A stretch of DNA of 64,000 nt, from positions 4,179-68,178 of the forward strand of contig NZ_CAMYIP010000015.1 of assembly GCF_947258525.1 (NCBI RefSeq). Direction: 5' to 3'. The translations under genes were made by a program, and so were the position numbers. This DNA comes from an uncultured Eudoraea sp. (lineage in GTDB: Bacteria; Bacteroidota; Bacteroidia; Flavobacteriales; Flavobacteriaceae). This document shows positions 37,173-47,991 of the stretch, piece by piece (position 1 is the first letter of the stretch; the number at the start of each line of letters is the position of its first letter). The notes beneath the pieces are model-generated. The model saw only the letters and a program-made list of their open reading frames with translations. It was not told the DNA's origin and made no database searches.

Positions 37173-39527
37173 ATGGCAAAAGCCCGGAAAAAAAATGTTT
37201 CTTCCAATTTTTCTAAGTTTATAAAATGGTTTTGGATTCTGTTTGCTTCAGGACTATTTATGATTTTTTTGATCTTTCTTTTGGCTTCATGGGGGTTTTT
37301 TGGAGAAATGCCAACTTTTGAACGACTAGAAAATCCGCAAACAAATTTAGCTACAGAGATCATCTCTTCAGATGGTAAAACCCTTGGTAAGTTTTATTTA
37401 GATGATAACAGAACTCCGGTTTCTTATGACGAGTTACCCCAAAATTTGGTTAATGCATTAGTTGCAACAGAAGATGCAAGATATTTTGAACATTCAGGGA
37501 TAGACGCGAGAGGCACTTTGAGAGCTATGGTATTTCTAGGAGCGAAAGGAGGCGCCAGTACCATTTCTCAGCAATTATCTAAATTACTGTTTACCAAACG
37601 AATATCCGGCGGGGTTCCGGGCAGAATCATTCAAAAAGTAAAGGAATGGGTAATCGCAATACGCCTGGAAAGACAATATACCAAGGAAGAGATTATTGCC
37701 TGGTATTTAAACACCTATGACTTTATAAACAATGCAGACGGAATACGTTCTGCTTCCAGAATTTATTTTGGCAAGGAACCTAAGGATCTTAGGACCGAGG
37801 AGTCTGCAGTATTGGTTGGGATGCTAAAAAATTCTTCGCTATATAATCCTATAAGAAGAGAAGAACTCGTTTTAAACAGACGTAATACGGTACTGGGCCA
37901 AATGGCCAAATACGATTTTATCACGGAAGAAGAGAAGGATTCCCTGCAGGATTTAAAAATGGACATAAATTTCACCCCTGAATCTCATAGAGATGGCTTG
38001 GCTACCTATTTTAGGATGTATTTACAAGGATTTCTTAATGATTGGATTGACAAAAACCCAAGACCGGCAGCTGAAGGTGAAAGAGACCGATGGAATATAT
38101 ATTTAGACGGGCTTAAAGTATATACCACTGTTGATTACCGTATGCAGAAAAATGCTGAAGATGCAGTTAAGGAACATATGAAGAGACTTCAAAAAGAATT
38201 TTTTCATCAAAATACACCGGAAAGAAATAGTACAGCTCCATTTCTGGAACTGAATACTGAAGAGATAGACCGAATTATGGAGCGGGCTATGAAAACTTCT
38301 GAACGTTGGCGCATCATGAGTGACAATGGTAAATCTGAAAAAGAGATCAGGGCGTCGTTTAAGGAAAAAACTGAAATGACGGTATTTGACTGGAATAGGG
38401 AAACCCAGGAGAAGGATACCATTATGACCCCTTTAGATTCCATAAGGTATTACAAAACCTTTTTAAGGGCTGCAATGATGTCAATGGAACCCCAAACAGG
38501 TCACGTTAAAGCTTGGGTAGGCGGACTCAACTATAAACATTTTCAATACGACAATGTTATACAGGGGGCTAGACAGGCCGGTTCAACCTTTAAGCCATTT
38601 GTATATGCCGCTGCTATAGATCAATTAAGATTATCCCCCTGTGACTCACTGCCTGATAGTCAATATTGTATTGAAGCGGGAAAACATGGCAATCCGGAGC
38701 CTTGGTGTCCTAAGAATGCCGATGGTAAATATTCCGGAAATATGTATACATTAAAACGAGCCCTTGCAAACTCGGTGAACTCAGTTACTGCGCAATTAAT
38801 TGACAGGGTGGGGCCAAAACCCGTAGTAGCCATTGCCAAGGACCTTGGAATAAAAGGAGAAATGCTTGAGGTGCCTTCAATTGCCCTGGGAACCCCTGAT
38901 CTTAATGTATATGAAATGGTAGGAGCTTATGGGACTTTCGTTAATCAAGGTGTTTTTGTTAAGCCGGTTATGGTTACCAGAATAGAAGATAAGAATGGCA
39001 CAGTACTATATGAATATGTTCCCGAAACAAAAGATGTACTAAGCAAAGAGGTAGCCTATGCAATGGTAAACTTAATGGAAGGCGTTACAAAAGGCGGCTC
39101 AGGGACCAGGCTAAGGCATTCTTCCAATATAGACCAAACGGTATATAAAGAAATAATCACAGGTTATCCATATGAGTTTACAAACCCGATTGCCGGTAAA
39201 ACCGGAACAACACAAAATCAAAGTGACGGTTGGTTTATGGGAATGGTGCCCAATCTGGTGACCGGTGTATGGGTTGGCGGTGACGAAAGGGCAGTACATT
39301 TTAAAACAATAACTTATGGCCAGGGAGCTTCAATGGCATTGCCTATCTGGGCTTTATACATGAAAAGTAATTATGCAGATGAGGAATTAGGAGTTTCTAT
39401 GGAGGAATTTCCGGTCCCGGAAGAGCTGACCATTAGTGTTGATTGCTCAAAAGAAACTGAAGAAACAATTGAGAAAGATAAACTAGACGATGATCTCGAT
39501 GATGACCTTGATGATCTGGATTTTTAA
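37173..39527 (+). CDS. bifunctional penicillin-binding protein 1A (glycosyltransferase 51 / transpeptidase)
   Basis: 784 aa with an N-terminal TM helix, the GT51 motif EDARYFEHSGID, and transpeptidase motifs STFK, SVNS and KTGT. It ends in an acidic tail DKLDDDLDDDLDDLDF. Confidence 0.9.
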   Translation: MAKARKKNVSSNFSKFIKWFWILFASGLFMIFLIFLLASWGFFGEMPTFERLENPQTNLATEIISSDGKTLGKFYLDDNRTPVSYDELPQNLVNALVATEDARYFEHSGIDARGTLRAMVFLGAKGGASTISQQLSKLLFTKRISGGVPGRIIQKVKEWVIAIRLERQYTKEEIIAWYLNTYDFINNADGIRSASRIYFGKEPKDLRTEESAVLVGMLKNSSLYNPIRREELVLNRRNTVLGQMAKYDFITEEEKDSLQDLKMDINFTPESHRDGLATYFRMYLQGFLNDWIDKNPRPAAEGERDRWNIYLDGLKVYTTVDYRMQKNAEDAVKEHMKRLQKEFFHQNTPERNSTAPFLELNTEEIDRIMERAMKTSERWRIMSDNGKSEKEIRASFKEKTEMTVFDWNRETQEKDTIMTPLDSIRYYKTFLRAAMMSMEPQTGHVKAWVGGLNYKHFQYDNVIQGARQAGSTFKPFVYAAAIDQLRLSPCDSLPDSQYCIEAGKHGNPEPWCPKNADGKYSGNMYTLKRALANSVNSVTAQLIDRVGPKPVVAIAKDLGIKGEMLEVPSIALGTPDLNVYEMVGAYGTFVNQGVFVKPVMVTRIEDKNGTVLYEYVPETKDVLSKEVAYAMVNLMEGVTKGGSGTRLRHSSNIDQTVYKEIITGYPYEFTNPIAGKTGTTQNQSDGWFMGMVPNLVTGVWVGGDERAVHFKTITYGQGASMALPIWALYMKSNYADEELGVSMEEFPVPEELTISVDCSKETEETIEKDKLDDDLDDDLDDLDF

Positions 39528-39568
39528 TAATTATCAATCTTTTTCAAGACATTTCGTTTTAAACTAAT

Positions 39569-39595
39569 CCCGCTAAAAAGCGGGTTTTTTTATTT
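39569..39595 (+). terminator. rho-independent terminator after the PBP1A gene
   Basis: CCCGC-taaaaa-GCGGG followed by TTTTTTTATTT. Confidence 0.8.
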
Positions 39596-39642
39596 AAAAA
39601 TGTATTTTAGTAGCTATAGGAAATAACCATATTTATTAGCTT

Positions 39643-40344
39643 ATGATACGTAAAACGGTGGCCAATGTGCAGGAGGCATTACTTGGAGTAGAAGACGGAA
39701 TGACCTTTATGCTGGGAGGTTTTGGTCTTTGTGGAATACCGGAAAATGCAATTTCGGAGCTTGTTCGCCTGGGGATAAAAGATATTACCTGTATAAGCAA
39801 CAATGCGGGTGTTGATGATTTTGGTTTGGGCCTGTTGTTACAAAAGCATCAGATAAAAAAAATGATTTCCTCCTATGTTGGCGAAAACGAGGAATTTGAA
39901 AGGCAGATGTTGAGCGGAGAACTGGAAGTTGAATTAACACCACAAGGGACCCTTGCGGAAAAGTGCAGAGCTGCTCAAGCCGGATTTCCGGCGTTTTATA
40001 CCCCCGCAGGTTACGGGACAGAAGTAGCGGAGGGCAAGGAAACACGGGACTTTAATGGTAAAAAGTATGTTCTGGAGCATGCCTTTGAGGCCAGTTTTGC
40101 ATTCGTTAAAGCCTGGAAGGGTGATGAAGCGGGAAATTTAATTTTCAAGGGCACTGCCCGTAATTTTAATCCCTGTATGTGCGGTGCAGCTAATATAACA
40201 GTTGCAGAAGTGGAAGAACTGGTGCCCGCCGGAGGTCTTGATCCAAATGAAATTCATATTCCGGGGATATTTGTACAACGAATCTTTCAGGGAGAACACT
40301 ATGAAAAAAGAATAGAACAACGGACTGTAAGATCGAGGAACTAA
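39643..40344 (+). CDS. 3-oxoacid CoA-transferase subunit A
   Basis: 233 aa with family I CoA-transferase A blocks ([27 protein letters not shown]). Confidence 0.9.
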   Translation: MIRKTVANVQEALLGVEDGMTFMLGGFGLCGIPENAISELVRLGIKDITCISNNAGVDDFGLGLLLQKHQIKKMISSYVGENEEFERQMLSGELEVELTPQGTLAEKCRAAQAGFPAFYTPAGYGTEVAEGKETRDFNGKKYVLEHAFEASFAFVKAWKGDEAGNLIFKGTARNFNPCMCGAANITVAEVEELVPAGGLDPNEIHIPGIFVQRIFQGEHYEKRIEQRTVRSRN

Positions 40345-40365
40345 ATACGAAGTAAGGAAAATATT

Positions 40366-41019
40366 ATGCTGGATAAAATTGGTATTGCAAAAAGAATAGC
40401 CAGGGAGGTAAAAGACGGGTATTATGTTAATCTCGGTATTGGCATTCCAACCTTGGTAGCAAATTATGTCCGAGACGATATCAGCGTTGAATTTCAAAGC
40501 GAAAATGGTGTTTTAGGTATGGGTCCATTCCCGTATGAAGGTGAAGAAGATGCCGATATTATCAATGCTGGGAAACAAACCATTACAACATTGCCTGGTG
40601 CTTCCTTTTTTGATTCTGCAACTAGTTTTGGAATGATCCGTGGAAAACATGTTGACCTTACTATTCTTGGGGCTATGGAAATAGCTGAAAACGGGGATAT
40701 TGCAAATTGGAAAATACCCGGGAAAATGGTTAAGGGTATGGGTGGAGCAATGGATCTTGTTGCATCGGCAGAGAATATTATTGTTGCCATGATGCATACT
40801 AACAAAAAGGGCGAATCAAAGCTGTTAAAAAAATGTTCACTGCCTCTTACCGGGGTGGGATGTGTAAAAAAAGTAGTTACCAATCTTGGTGTTCTGGAGG
40901 TTACCTCTAAAGGATTCCGTTTGCTTGAAAGGGCACCCGGTGTAACTATTGATACTATAAAACAAGCAACAGAGGGGTCTTTAATTGTTGAAGGTGATAT
41001 TCCAGAGATGACCGTTTAA
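40366..41019 (+). CDS. 3-oxoacid CoA-transferase subunit B
   Basis: 217 aa with the catalytic Glu motif QSENGVLGMGP and the block GMGGAMDLV. Confidence 0.9.
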   Translation: MLDKIGIAKRIAREVKDGYYVNLGIGIPTLVANYVRDDISVEFQSENGVLGMGPFPYEGEEDADIINAGKQTITTLPGASFFDSATSFGMIRGKHVDLTILGAMEIAENGDIANWKIPGKMVKGMGGAMDLVASAENIIVAMMHTNKKGESKLLKKCSLPLTGVGCVKKVVTNLGVLEVTSKGFRLLERAPGVTIDTIKQATEGSLIVEGDIPEMTV

Positions 41020-41312
41020 CGATCATATTATACACTTTATCGACATATTGAAATTAGTTACTTATTTCACAACAATTTGGAGATGCTTCACAACAAATTT
41101 TTAGAGTCCTGAATCTTACACATTATCTTTAACTCATAATTTTTCAACCCCAAATCATATTTTATTAAATTTTAAAAGCTATGGACGCACAAATTAACCA
41201 CAGACCTATTGAAGAAGAAATCCAGGTTTACCGAAACGAGTTTTTTAGCGGTATTATAATGCTGACCAGAAAATTGTTTATGTTTTAGTACATAATATCA
41301 GAATAAATTGAG

Positions 41313-41350
41313 AGGAGTAAAGCAATATGTTTTACTCCTTTTTTTATTTT
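41313..41350 (+). terminator. strong rho-independent terminator about 290 nt after the CoA-transferase B stop
   Basis: Perfect 9-bp stem AGGAGTAAA-N9-TTTACTCCT followed by TTTTTTATTTT. Confidence 0.7.
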
Positions 41351-41370
41351 CGTGGATATTATATACCGGC

Positions 41371-41901
41371 ATGAATCTTCATTTGGCAAAATGTACTAAT
41401 ACCGACTTAGATAAACTTATTTCCATTTCCAGAGAGACATTTATTGAAGCCTTTGAAAAGCAAAATACCCCTGATGATTTTAAAGCCTATATGGAAAAAG
41501 CTTTTTCCAGAGAACAACTTTTAAATGAACTAGAAGATCCTCAGATGCATTTTTACCTGGTTCACTTGGAAGATGAGCCAATAGGATATTTTAAATTAAA
41601 TGAAAATGAAGCCCAGGGAGATGTAAAGGATAAAGATTCTATCGAACTAGAAAGAATTTATGTAAAAAGCGCATTTCAGGGAAATAAGATAGGGCATTTT
41701 ATACTGGATCATATTAAGCGTATTGCGACTAACAAAAACAAAAGTTACATCTGGCTCGGAGTTTGGAAGAAGAACAATAAAGCAATCAGATTCTATGAAA
41801 ATAATGGATTTATAAGGTTCGGAGAACACCCTTATTACATAGGCAGCGATAAGCAAATGGATTGGCTAATGAAGCTGAATTTGATTACCTTGGAAAAATA
41901 A
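41371..41901 (+). CDS. GNAT family N-acetyltransferase (PaiA-like)
   Basis: The acetyl-CoA site block is RIYVKSAFQGNKIGHFIL, followed by AIRFYENNGF. I start it at ATG 41371 because the track's TTG extension would read through the terminator at 41313-41350. Confidence 0.8.
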   Translation: MNLHLAKCTNTDLDKLISISRETFIEAFEKQNTPDDFKAYMEKAFSREQLLNELEDPQMHFYLVHLEDEPIGYFKLNENEAQGDVKDKDSIELERIYVKSAFQGNKIGHFILDHIKRIATNKNKSYIWLGVWKKNNKAIRFYENNGFIRFGEHPYYIGSDKQMDWLMKLNLITLEK

Positions 41902-41912
41902 ATTTATGAACA

Positions 41913-43070
41913 ATGAAAGTAAAAACCCTTGCCTCAGCTTTTTTGTTATTTTCAATAAATACTGCAATAAGTCAGGAGGCGTATTATTTTCCAGAAAGAA
42001 ATGCTACCTGGCAAGAACGCCCCCCATCCGCTTTTAAACTCAATGAAAAGAAACTTAACGAAGCAGTGAATTTTGCGAAAAGTAACGAATATTCGGGGTC
42101 AAGAGATTTGCGCATTGCAATTTTAAAGGGATTTGCTCACGAACCATTTCATCAAATTTCAGGTCCTACTAAAAAACGAGGAGGTCCGGCAGGGATAATA
42201 TTGAAAAACGGTTACATTATTCAACAATGGGGTGATATAGAAAGGGTAGATATGACTTTTAGCGTTACCAAAAGTCTTTTATCTACGGTAGCCGGCCTTG
42301 CAGTAGACAATCATCTAATTCAAAGCACAGACGACAAGGTTTCTTCTTATATCTGGGATGGTACATTTGCGGGAGAACATAATAGCAAAATTAGCTGGAA
42401 GCATTTATTACAACAAAACTCAGATTGGTCCGGAGAACTGTGGGGAGGCAAGGATTGGGCAGACAGACCCCCGAAAGAGGGAGGACTGGACGATTGGAAA
42501 TTCAGAAAACTCAATGAACCGGGCACAGTAATGGAGTACAATGATGTACGCGTAAATGTATTGGCTTATGCATTGACTCATGTATGGCGAAAGCCTGTTC
42601 CTGCTGTACTTAAGGAGTATTTAATGGATAAAATTGGTGCTTCAACTACCTGGCGGTGGTATGGTTATGACAATGCCTGGACTGTAATTGACGGAATAAA
42701 AATGAAATCCGTTACAGGGGGTGGTCATTCAGGGGCCGGGATTTTTATAAGTACTGAAGATATGGCTCGTTTTGGCCTGCTATTTCTTAATAATGGAAAA
42801 TGGAACTCAGAACAGCTTCTTAGTGAGGCCTGGATAAAAGAGGCAATTACACCTTCGGCACCAAATCCTAACTATGGTTATATGTGGTGGCTTAATCAAA
42901 AGGGAGATCGGCAATGGAAGGGACTTTCAGAAGACATCTATTACGCCGCAGGTTTTGGGGGTAATTTTATTGTTATCGACAAGGCCAATAGCCTTGTAGT
43001 TGTCACAAGATGGCTGGAACCTTCCAAGATAGGAGATTTTATGGACCTGATACAGGATGCCATGGATTAG
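41913..43070 (+). CDS. serine hydrolase (beta-lactamase/PBP4-like family), secreted
   Basis: 385 aa with a signal peptide and an SxxK motif (FSVTKS). Confidence 0.7.
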   Translation: MKVKTLASAFLLFSINTAISQEAYYFPERNATWQERPPSAFKLNEKKLNEAVNFAKSNEYSGSRDLRIAILKGFAHEPFHQISGPTKKRGGPAGIILKNGYIIQQWGDIERVDMTFSVTKSLLSTVAGLAVDNHLIQSTDDKVSSYIWDGTFAGEHNSKISWKHLLQQNSDWSGELWGGKDWADRPPKEGGLDDWKFRKLNEPGTVMEYNDVRVNVLAYALTHVWRKPVPAVLKEYLMDKIGASTTWRWYGYDNAWTVIDGIKMKSVTGGGHSGAGIFISTEDMARFGLLFLNNGKWNSEQLLSEAWIKEAITPSAPNPNYGYMWWLNQKGDRQWKGLSEDIYYAAGFGGNFIVIDKANSLVVVTRWLEPSKIGDFMDLIQDAMD

Positions 43071-43108
43071 AAATAATGTTACTGCAATTTTATTTAATAA
43101 ACAGCAGG

Positions 43109-44266
43109 CTAGATTGCTGTTATAATTTCGGCTGCCTTTAAAAGAGTTTCAGGAGTCTTTGCAAAACAAATCCGAATCTGTTTATTATCTACAAGATCTC
43201 TATTAAAAACTGAAATTGGGATAGTTGCAATCCCGAACTCTTTAGTGAGTCTTTCTGAAAAAGCAACATCGCTTTCGTCACTGATTTCTGAAAAATCCAA
43301 TAGTTGAAAATAAGTTCCCTGGGTTGGGGTAAACTTGAATCTTGAATTTTGGATTGCTGTTAAAAACAAATCGCGTTTTTCCTGATAAAACCGGCCTAAA
43401 TCCAAATAGCGGGCAGGTTCTTTCAGATATTCGGCCAGTGCCCGCTGAAATGGGTGATTAACACAAAACACATTGAATTCATGAATTTTCTGAAATTCTT
43501 TCATTAGTTCTGCAGGCGCTGCACAATAACCCATTTTCCATCCGGTTGCGTGAAAAGTTTTACCAAATGAGGCACAAACAAAGCTTCGAGATGCTAAATC
43601 AGGGTACTTGGAAGCACTTTCATGTGTGTTACTATCAAATACTATATGCTCATACACTTCGTCACTTAACAAGATAATATTTGTATCCTTAAGACAACTT
43701 TGGAGTTGTAACATATCAGAACTGGAAAATACCATCCCGCTTGGGTTATGTGGTGTATTAATAATCACCATCCTGGTTTTGTCATTGAGATGTGCTTTAA
43801 ATACATCCCAGTCTATGGCATAATCCTTTCCCCTTAACTGAATTAAAACAGGAATCCCCCCATTTGTTTTAATTGCTGGCTCATAACAATCATAGGCCGG
43901 TTTAAGCACTATTACTTCGTCACCTGGCCAGACCATTGCAGAAATAGCAGTAAAAATTGCTTGAGTAGCTCCTACCGTTAAGGTTATTTCAGACTGTGGA
44001 TGATAATTAGTCCCATACAAAAGAGAGATCTTTTCAGCTATAACCTCTTTAAGAGGATAGATACCACCTAAAGGCGCATATTGATTATACCCGTCTTTCA
44101 TTGCTTTCGCAACCAATTCAATGAGTACAGGATCTGGTTCAAAATTGGGAAAACCCTGCGAAATGTTAATAGCATCATGCTCTTTTGCAAGTCGGCTCAT
44201 TGTAGTAAATATCGATTCCGGCAGTTCTGGTAATTTTGAATTAATATTGTGTGCAGATGACTTCAT
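43109..44266 (-). CDS. PLP-dependent aminotransferase, class I/II (methionine aminotransferase-like)
   Basis: It has the PLP-lysine block SFGKTFHATGWKMGY and an N-terminal SIFTTMSRLA. I start it at ATG 44266 (MKSSAH) because the longer track ORF would overlap the sdh terminator region. Confidence 0.85.
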   Translation of the reverse strand: MKSSAHNINSKLPELPESIFTTMSRLAKEHDAINISQGFPNFEPDPVLIELVAKAMKDGYNQYAPLGGIYPLKEVIAEKISLLYGTNYHPQSEITLTVGATQAIFTAISAMVWPGDEVIVLKPAYDCYEPAIKTNGGIPVLIQLRGKDYAIDWDVFKAHLNDKTRMVIINTPHNPSGMVFSSSDMLQLQSCLKDTNIILLSDEVYEHIVFDSNTHESASKYPDLASRSFVCASFGKTFHATGWKMGYCAAPAELMKEFQKIHEFNVFCVNHPFQRALAEYLKEPARYLDLGRFYQEKRDLFLTAIQNSRFKFTPTQGTYFQLLDFSEISDESDVAFSERLTKEFGIATIPISVFNRDLVDNKQIRICFAKTPETLLKAAEIITAI

Positions 44267-44314
44267 AGGATAATAGTTATGGTAAAAATAGTAAAAAAGG
44301 CAGGGCATTATTCC

Positions 44315-44347
44315 AAATAAAAATCCCGGATAATACTACCCGGGATT
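44315..44347 (-). terminator. candidate intrinsic terminator of the sdhCAB operon
   Basis: The minus strand reads AATCCCGG-gtagtatta-CCGGGATT followed by TTTATTT, 24 nt after the sdhB stop. Confidence 0.55.
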
Positions 44348-44370
44348 CTATAAAGATGTACATTTCTAAA

Positions 44371-45117
44371 TTAACCTTTTATAGAGGCACTTAAATACTC
44401 CCTGTTCATTCTGGCAATATTCTCCAATGAAATTCCCTTTGGGCATTCTATCTCACAAGCACCAGTATTAGTGCAATTTCCAAAGCCTTCCAGATCCATC
44501 TGGCGCACCATGTTTTGCACGCGTTCTGTAGCTTCAACACGTCCCTGCGGCAATAGTGCAAACTGGGATACTTTAGCTGAAGTAAATAACATTGCGCTGG
44601 CATTTTTACAAGCTGCCACGCATGCTCCACAGCCAATACAAGCCGCCGCGTTAAATGCCTTATCTGCATTCTCTTTTCTTATCGGGATGTTATTTGCGTC
44701 AACAGTTTTACCTGAAGTATTAACCGAAATAAAACCACCGGCTTGCTGAATGCGTTCGAACGCATTTCTATCCACAATCAAATCTTTGATAACCGGGAAT
44801 GCTTTGGCTCTGAAGGGTTCAATTACAATGGTGTCACCATCTTTAAAACTACGCATATGCAGTTGGCATACCGTGATAAGCCTGTCAGGACCATGCGGAC
44901 GCCCATTAATTTGAAGAGAACATGTCCCGCAAATACCTTCGCGGCAATCATGATCAAATTCGATAGGCACCTCACCTTTTGAAATTAAATCCTCATTTAA
45001 TATATCCAGCATTTCAAGGAAGGACATGTCGCCTTCAATCCCATCCATGGTATAGTCTACTATTTTTCCTTTTGAGGAAGCATCTTTTTGACGCCATATT
45101 TTAAGATAAATCTTCAT
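44371..45117 (-). CDS. sdhB: succinate dehydrogenase/fumarate reductase iron-sulfur subunit
   Basis: 248 aa with three Cys clusters ([33 protein letters not shown]). Confidence 0.9.
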   Translation of the reverse strand: MKIYLKIWRQKDASSKGKIVDYTMDGIEGDMSFLEMLDILNEDLISKGEVPIEFDHDCREGICGTCSLQINGRPHGPDRLITVCQLHMRSFKDGDTIVIEPFRAKAFPVIKDLIVDRNAFERIQQAGGFISVNTSGKTVDANNIPIRKENADKAFNAAACIGCGACVAACKNASAMLFTSAKVSQFALLPQGRVEATERVQNMVRQMDLEGFGNCTNTGACEIECPKGISLENIARMNREYLSASIKG

Positions 45118-45123
45118 AGCTTT

Positions 45124-47127
45124 TTATTTATAGGAACGCGTCTTTACTTCAATATTTTCATAAACTAAATTCTCTTTATGCAATTTGGCGTCTTTTGGTT
45201 CTCCTTTATATTCCCAGGCCGACACAAATTTGAAATTTTCATCGTCACGTAATGCTTCTCCTTCAGGGGTTTGGTATTCTTCTCTAAAGTGACCTCCACA
45301 AGACTCATTCCGTACCAAGGCATCCATCGCAAAAAGTTCTCCAATTTCTAAGAAATCTGCCACACGTCCGGCTTTCTCCAATTCCTGATTTTTGTCATCT
45401 GCAGCTCCAGGGACTTTTACATTCTCCCAAAAATCTTTTCTCAAGGCAGCTATCTCTTTAATAGCATCCTTCAATCCTTCTGCATTACGAGACATACCAC
45501 AATTATTCCACATGATCTTGCCCAATTTTTTGTGATAATAATCAACGGAATTAACTCCCTTTGCAGACATTAATCTATTGATCTTATCTAAAACATCCTT
45601 CTCGGCATTATCAAATTCTTCGGTATCCGTTGGTATAGGTCCTGTACGGATGTCATCGGCTAAGAAATCACCTATGGTGTATGGAAGCACAAAGTAACCA
45701 TCTGCCAAACCTTGCATTAAAGCGGAAGCTCCAAGTCTGTTTGCTCCATGGTCACTAAAGTTGGCCTCGCCTGCGGCATAACATCCTGGAATAGTTGTCT
45801 GTAAATTGTAATCAACCCAAAGGCCTCCCATCGTATAATGCACAGCGGGGTATATCATCATAGGGGTTTTATATGGATTTTCATCCACAATTTTCTCATA
45901 CATCTGGAACAAGTTGCCATATTTGGCTTCCACGACCTCTTCCCCAAGTTTTCTAATGTGGGCATCGTCCGCATCTTTTAGTCCGGTTGTAAGTGCTTTT
46001 TCACTTCCATATCGCATGATTGCCGCGTCAAAATCGAGATAAACTGCTTCTCCGGTTTTATTTACACCATATCCGGCATCGCAGCGTTCCTTAGCAGCCC
46101 TTGAGGCTACATCCCGTGGTACGAGATTTCCAAATGCAGGGTATCTGCGTTCTAAATAATAATCTCTGTCTTCTTCTTTTAATTGCGTTGGCTTTAATTT
46201 ACCTTCCCTGATGGCCTTAGCATCCTCTAAATTTTTAGGCACCCATATACGTCCGTCATTCCTAAGAGACTCAGACATTAGAGTAAGTTTTGACTGATGT
46301 TCTCCTGAAACCGGGATGCATGTAGGATGGATTTGCGTGTAGCAGGGATTTGCAAAGAATGCACCTCTGCGATGTGTTCTCCATGCAGCCATTACATTGG
46401 CCCCCATACAATAGGTAGAGAGAAAAAATAAATTACCATATCCACCAGAAGCTATTACAACCGCATGAGCAGAGTGACGCTCAATTTCTCCTGTGACCAG
46501 ATCTCTTGCAATAATCCCCCTGGCTTTGCCATCAACAAGAACCAAATCAAGCATTTCATGTCTTGTATATGATTTAATTTTGCCTCGATGTATTTGCCGG
46601 TTCATTGCAGCATAGGCACCTAATAAAAGTTGCTGACCTGTTTGACCCTTCGCGTAAAAAGTCCTGGAAACCAGAACTCCACCGAAAGATCGGTTATCTA
46701 AAAGACCTCCATAATCACGGGCGAAGGGCACTCCCTGAGAAACACATTGATCAATAATATTACCAGATACTTCTGCTAGACGATAAACATTGGCCTCACG
46801 AGACCTGTAGTCACCACCTTTTACGGTATCGTAAAATAGTCTGTAATCACTATCTCCATCTCCCTGATAATTCTTTGAAGCATTTATTCCGCCTTGTGCG
46901 GCAATAGAGTGCGCTCTTCTGGGAGAATCCTGGTAACAAAATGTTTTAACATTGTACCCTAGTTCTGCAAAAGAAGCAGCAGCAGAACCACCGGCCAGAC
47001 CAGTACCCACGACAATAATGTCAATATTTCTTTTATTGGCTGGGTTTACTAAATTTATTTCATTTTTATGTTTTGTCCATTTCTCAGCCAATGGCCCTGA
47101 TGGAATTTTTGAATCTAGAATGCCCAT
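45124..47127 (-). CDS. sdhA: succinate dehydrogenase/fumarate reductase flavoprotein subunit
   Basis: 667 aa with the FAD motif [12 protein letters not shown], the covalent-FAD His region [10 protein letters not shown] and the active-site block HPT... Confidence 0.95.
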   Translation of the reverse strand: MGILDSKIPSGPLAEKWTKHKNEINLVNPANKRNIDIIVVGTGLAGGSAAASFAELGYNVKTFCYQDSPRRAHSIAAQGGINASKNYQGDGDSDYRLFYDTVKGGDYRSREANVYRLAEVSGNIIDQCVSQGVPFARDYGGLLDNRSFGGVLVSRTFYAKGQTGQQLLLGAYAAMNRQIHRGKIKSYTRHEMLDLVLVDGKARGIIARDLVTGEIERHSAHAVVIASGGYGNLFFLSTYCMGANVMAAWRTHRRGAFFANPCYTQIHPTCIPVSGEHQSKLTLMSESLRNDGRIWVPKNLEDAKAIREGKLKPTQLKEEDRDYYLERRYPAFGNLVPRDVASRAAKERCDAGYGVNKTGEAVYLDFDAAIMRYGSEKALTTGLKDADDAHIRKLGEEVVEAKYGNLFQMYEKIVDENPYKTPMMIYPAVHYTMGGLWVDYNLQTTIPGCYAAGEANFSDHGANRLGASALMQGLADGYFVLPYTIGDFLADDIRTGPIPTDTEEFDNAEKDVLDKINRLMSAKGVNSVDYYHKKLGKIMWNNCGMSRNAEGLKDAIKEIAALRKDFWENVKVPGAADDKNQELEKAGRVADFLEIGELFAMDALVRNESCGGHFREEYQTPEGEALRDDENFKFVSAWEYKGEPKDAKLHKENLVYENIEVKTRSYK

Positions 47128-47129
47128 AA

Positions 47130-47798
47130 TTAATGCGTTATTGGGTTAAGATGATGATATATAGCAATAAAGACAAATACCAAGGGAATTACTATTGCAT
47201 AGATTTTAGTAAATGATTTGATAGATGGTGTATATTTATTGTTTACTCCCATACTTTGAAAAGATGAAGCAAAGCCATGCCATAAATGAAGACTTAGTAA
47301 TGCAAAAGAAATTACATAAATGACTGTTCTCCAAATGGGAGCAAATTTTTCCACGGTTTCACGATAATAGCGTGTAGGATCTTCAGGATTAACCTCTATA
47401 TATTTATAGGTCATTTCATGAATCCAAAAGTCATAGAAATGCAAACCGAGAAAGGCAAGCACAACAAGGCCGGTTATTATCATATTCCGTGAAACCCATG
47501 GAGCATTCGCAGCACCATTGAATTTGGTATATTTAATTGTCCGCGCCCCCATATTTTGAAACTCAAGAACTATTCCCATTACAAAATGCACAATAACACC
47601 AAGTATTAAAATGGGCTGCATTATGTATTGCACTAATCCATTATATCCCATAAAATGGGACCATTGGTTAAAAGTGTCGGGCGAAATTACGGAGGTGAAA
47701 TTAATGGTTACATGAAGTGCCAAAAACAATACCAAAAAAAGACCCGAAAGTGCCATTACCACCTTCCGGGCTATGGACGATTTAATCAGTGAACTCAT
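47130..47798 (-). CDS. sdhC: succinate dehydrogenase cytochrome b subunit (b558 family)
   Basis: 222 aa with five TM helices carrying conserved His residues, at the head of the sdh operon. Confidence 0.8.
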   Translation of the reverse strand: MSSLIKSSIARKVVMALSGLFLVLFLALHVTINFTSVISPDTFNQWSHFMGYNGLVQYIMQPILILGVIVHFVMGIVLEFQNMGARTIKYTKFNGAANAPWVSRNMIITGLVVLAFLGLHFYDFWIHEMTYKYIEVNPEDPTRYYRETVEKFAPIWRTVIYVISFALLSLHLWHGFASSFQSMGVNNKYTPSIKSFTKIYAIVIPLVFVFIAIYHHLNPITH

Positions 47799-47817
47799 TA
47801 GTTATAGTTTAGGGCAG

Positions 47818-47825
47818 CAAATTTA
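47818..47825 (-). promoter_or_regulatory. -7 promoter box TAnnTTTG for sdhCAB
   Basis: The minus strand reads TAAATTTG, 19 nt upstream of the ATG at 47798. A TTTG lies 20 nt further upstream, matching -33 spacing. Confidence 0.45.
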
Positions 47826-47991
47826 AGCCAAGAGCGAATCATTAACAAATTTCAGGACCTAATAGAATGGAATTTATATCGATTTTAAGCAAATAGCAAG
47901 AGGTTTGCCAACTTTAAAAGATAAAACTGTTATTTTGCCAATAAATAAAAGGGCGAAATTGAATTATAAATTACAATGAATACCTTTATTT

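Noticed and set aside
36884-37363. 159-aa minus-strand ORF spanning the gldH / PBP1A junction.
   Set aside because: It is antisense to two well-supported, tightly coupled genes. It has no promoter box or recognisable domain, so it is a shadow ORF.
40494-40883. 129-aa and 94-aa minus-strand ORFs inside the CoA-transferase B gene. Similar antisense ORFs occur inside purD, atpA, recA, sdhB, sufB and the BNR protein gene.
   Set aside because: All are fully contained in strongly supported conserved genes, and none has family-like sequence. They are shadow ORFs.
41308-41370. ORF-track N-terminal extensions using TTG or upstream starts. These affect the GNAT gene (41308), aminotransferase (44308), brnQ (54076), the small Zn-ribbon ORF (54216), aminopeptidase (51419), reductase (7639), SPOR protein (26992) and the DUF5687-like gene (7738).
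   Set aside because: The extensions read through a terminator (GNAT) or lie in a promoter box (aminopeptidase, reductase). In the other cases they add residues unlike the family N-terminus, while an ATG directly precedes the conserved N-terminal motif. The shorter starts were adopted.
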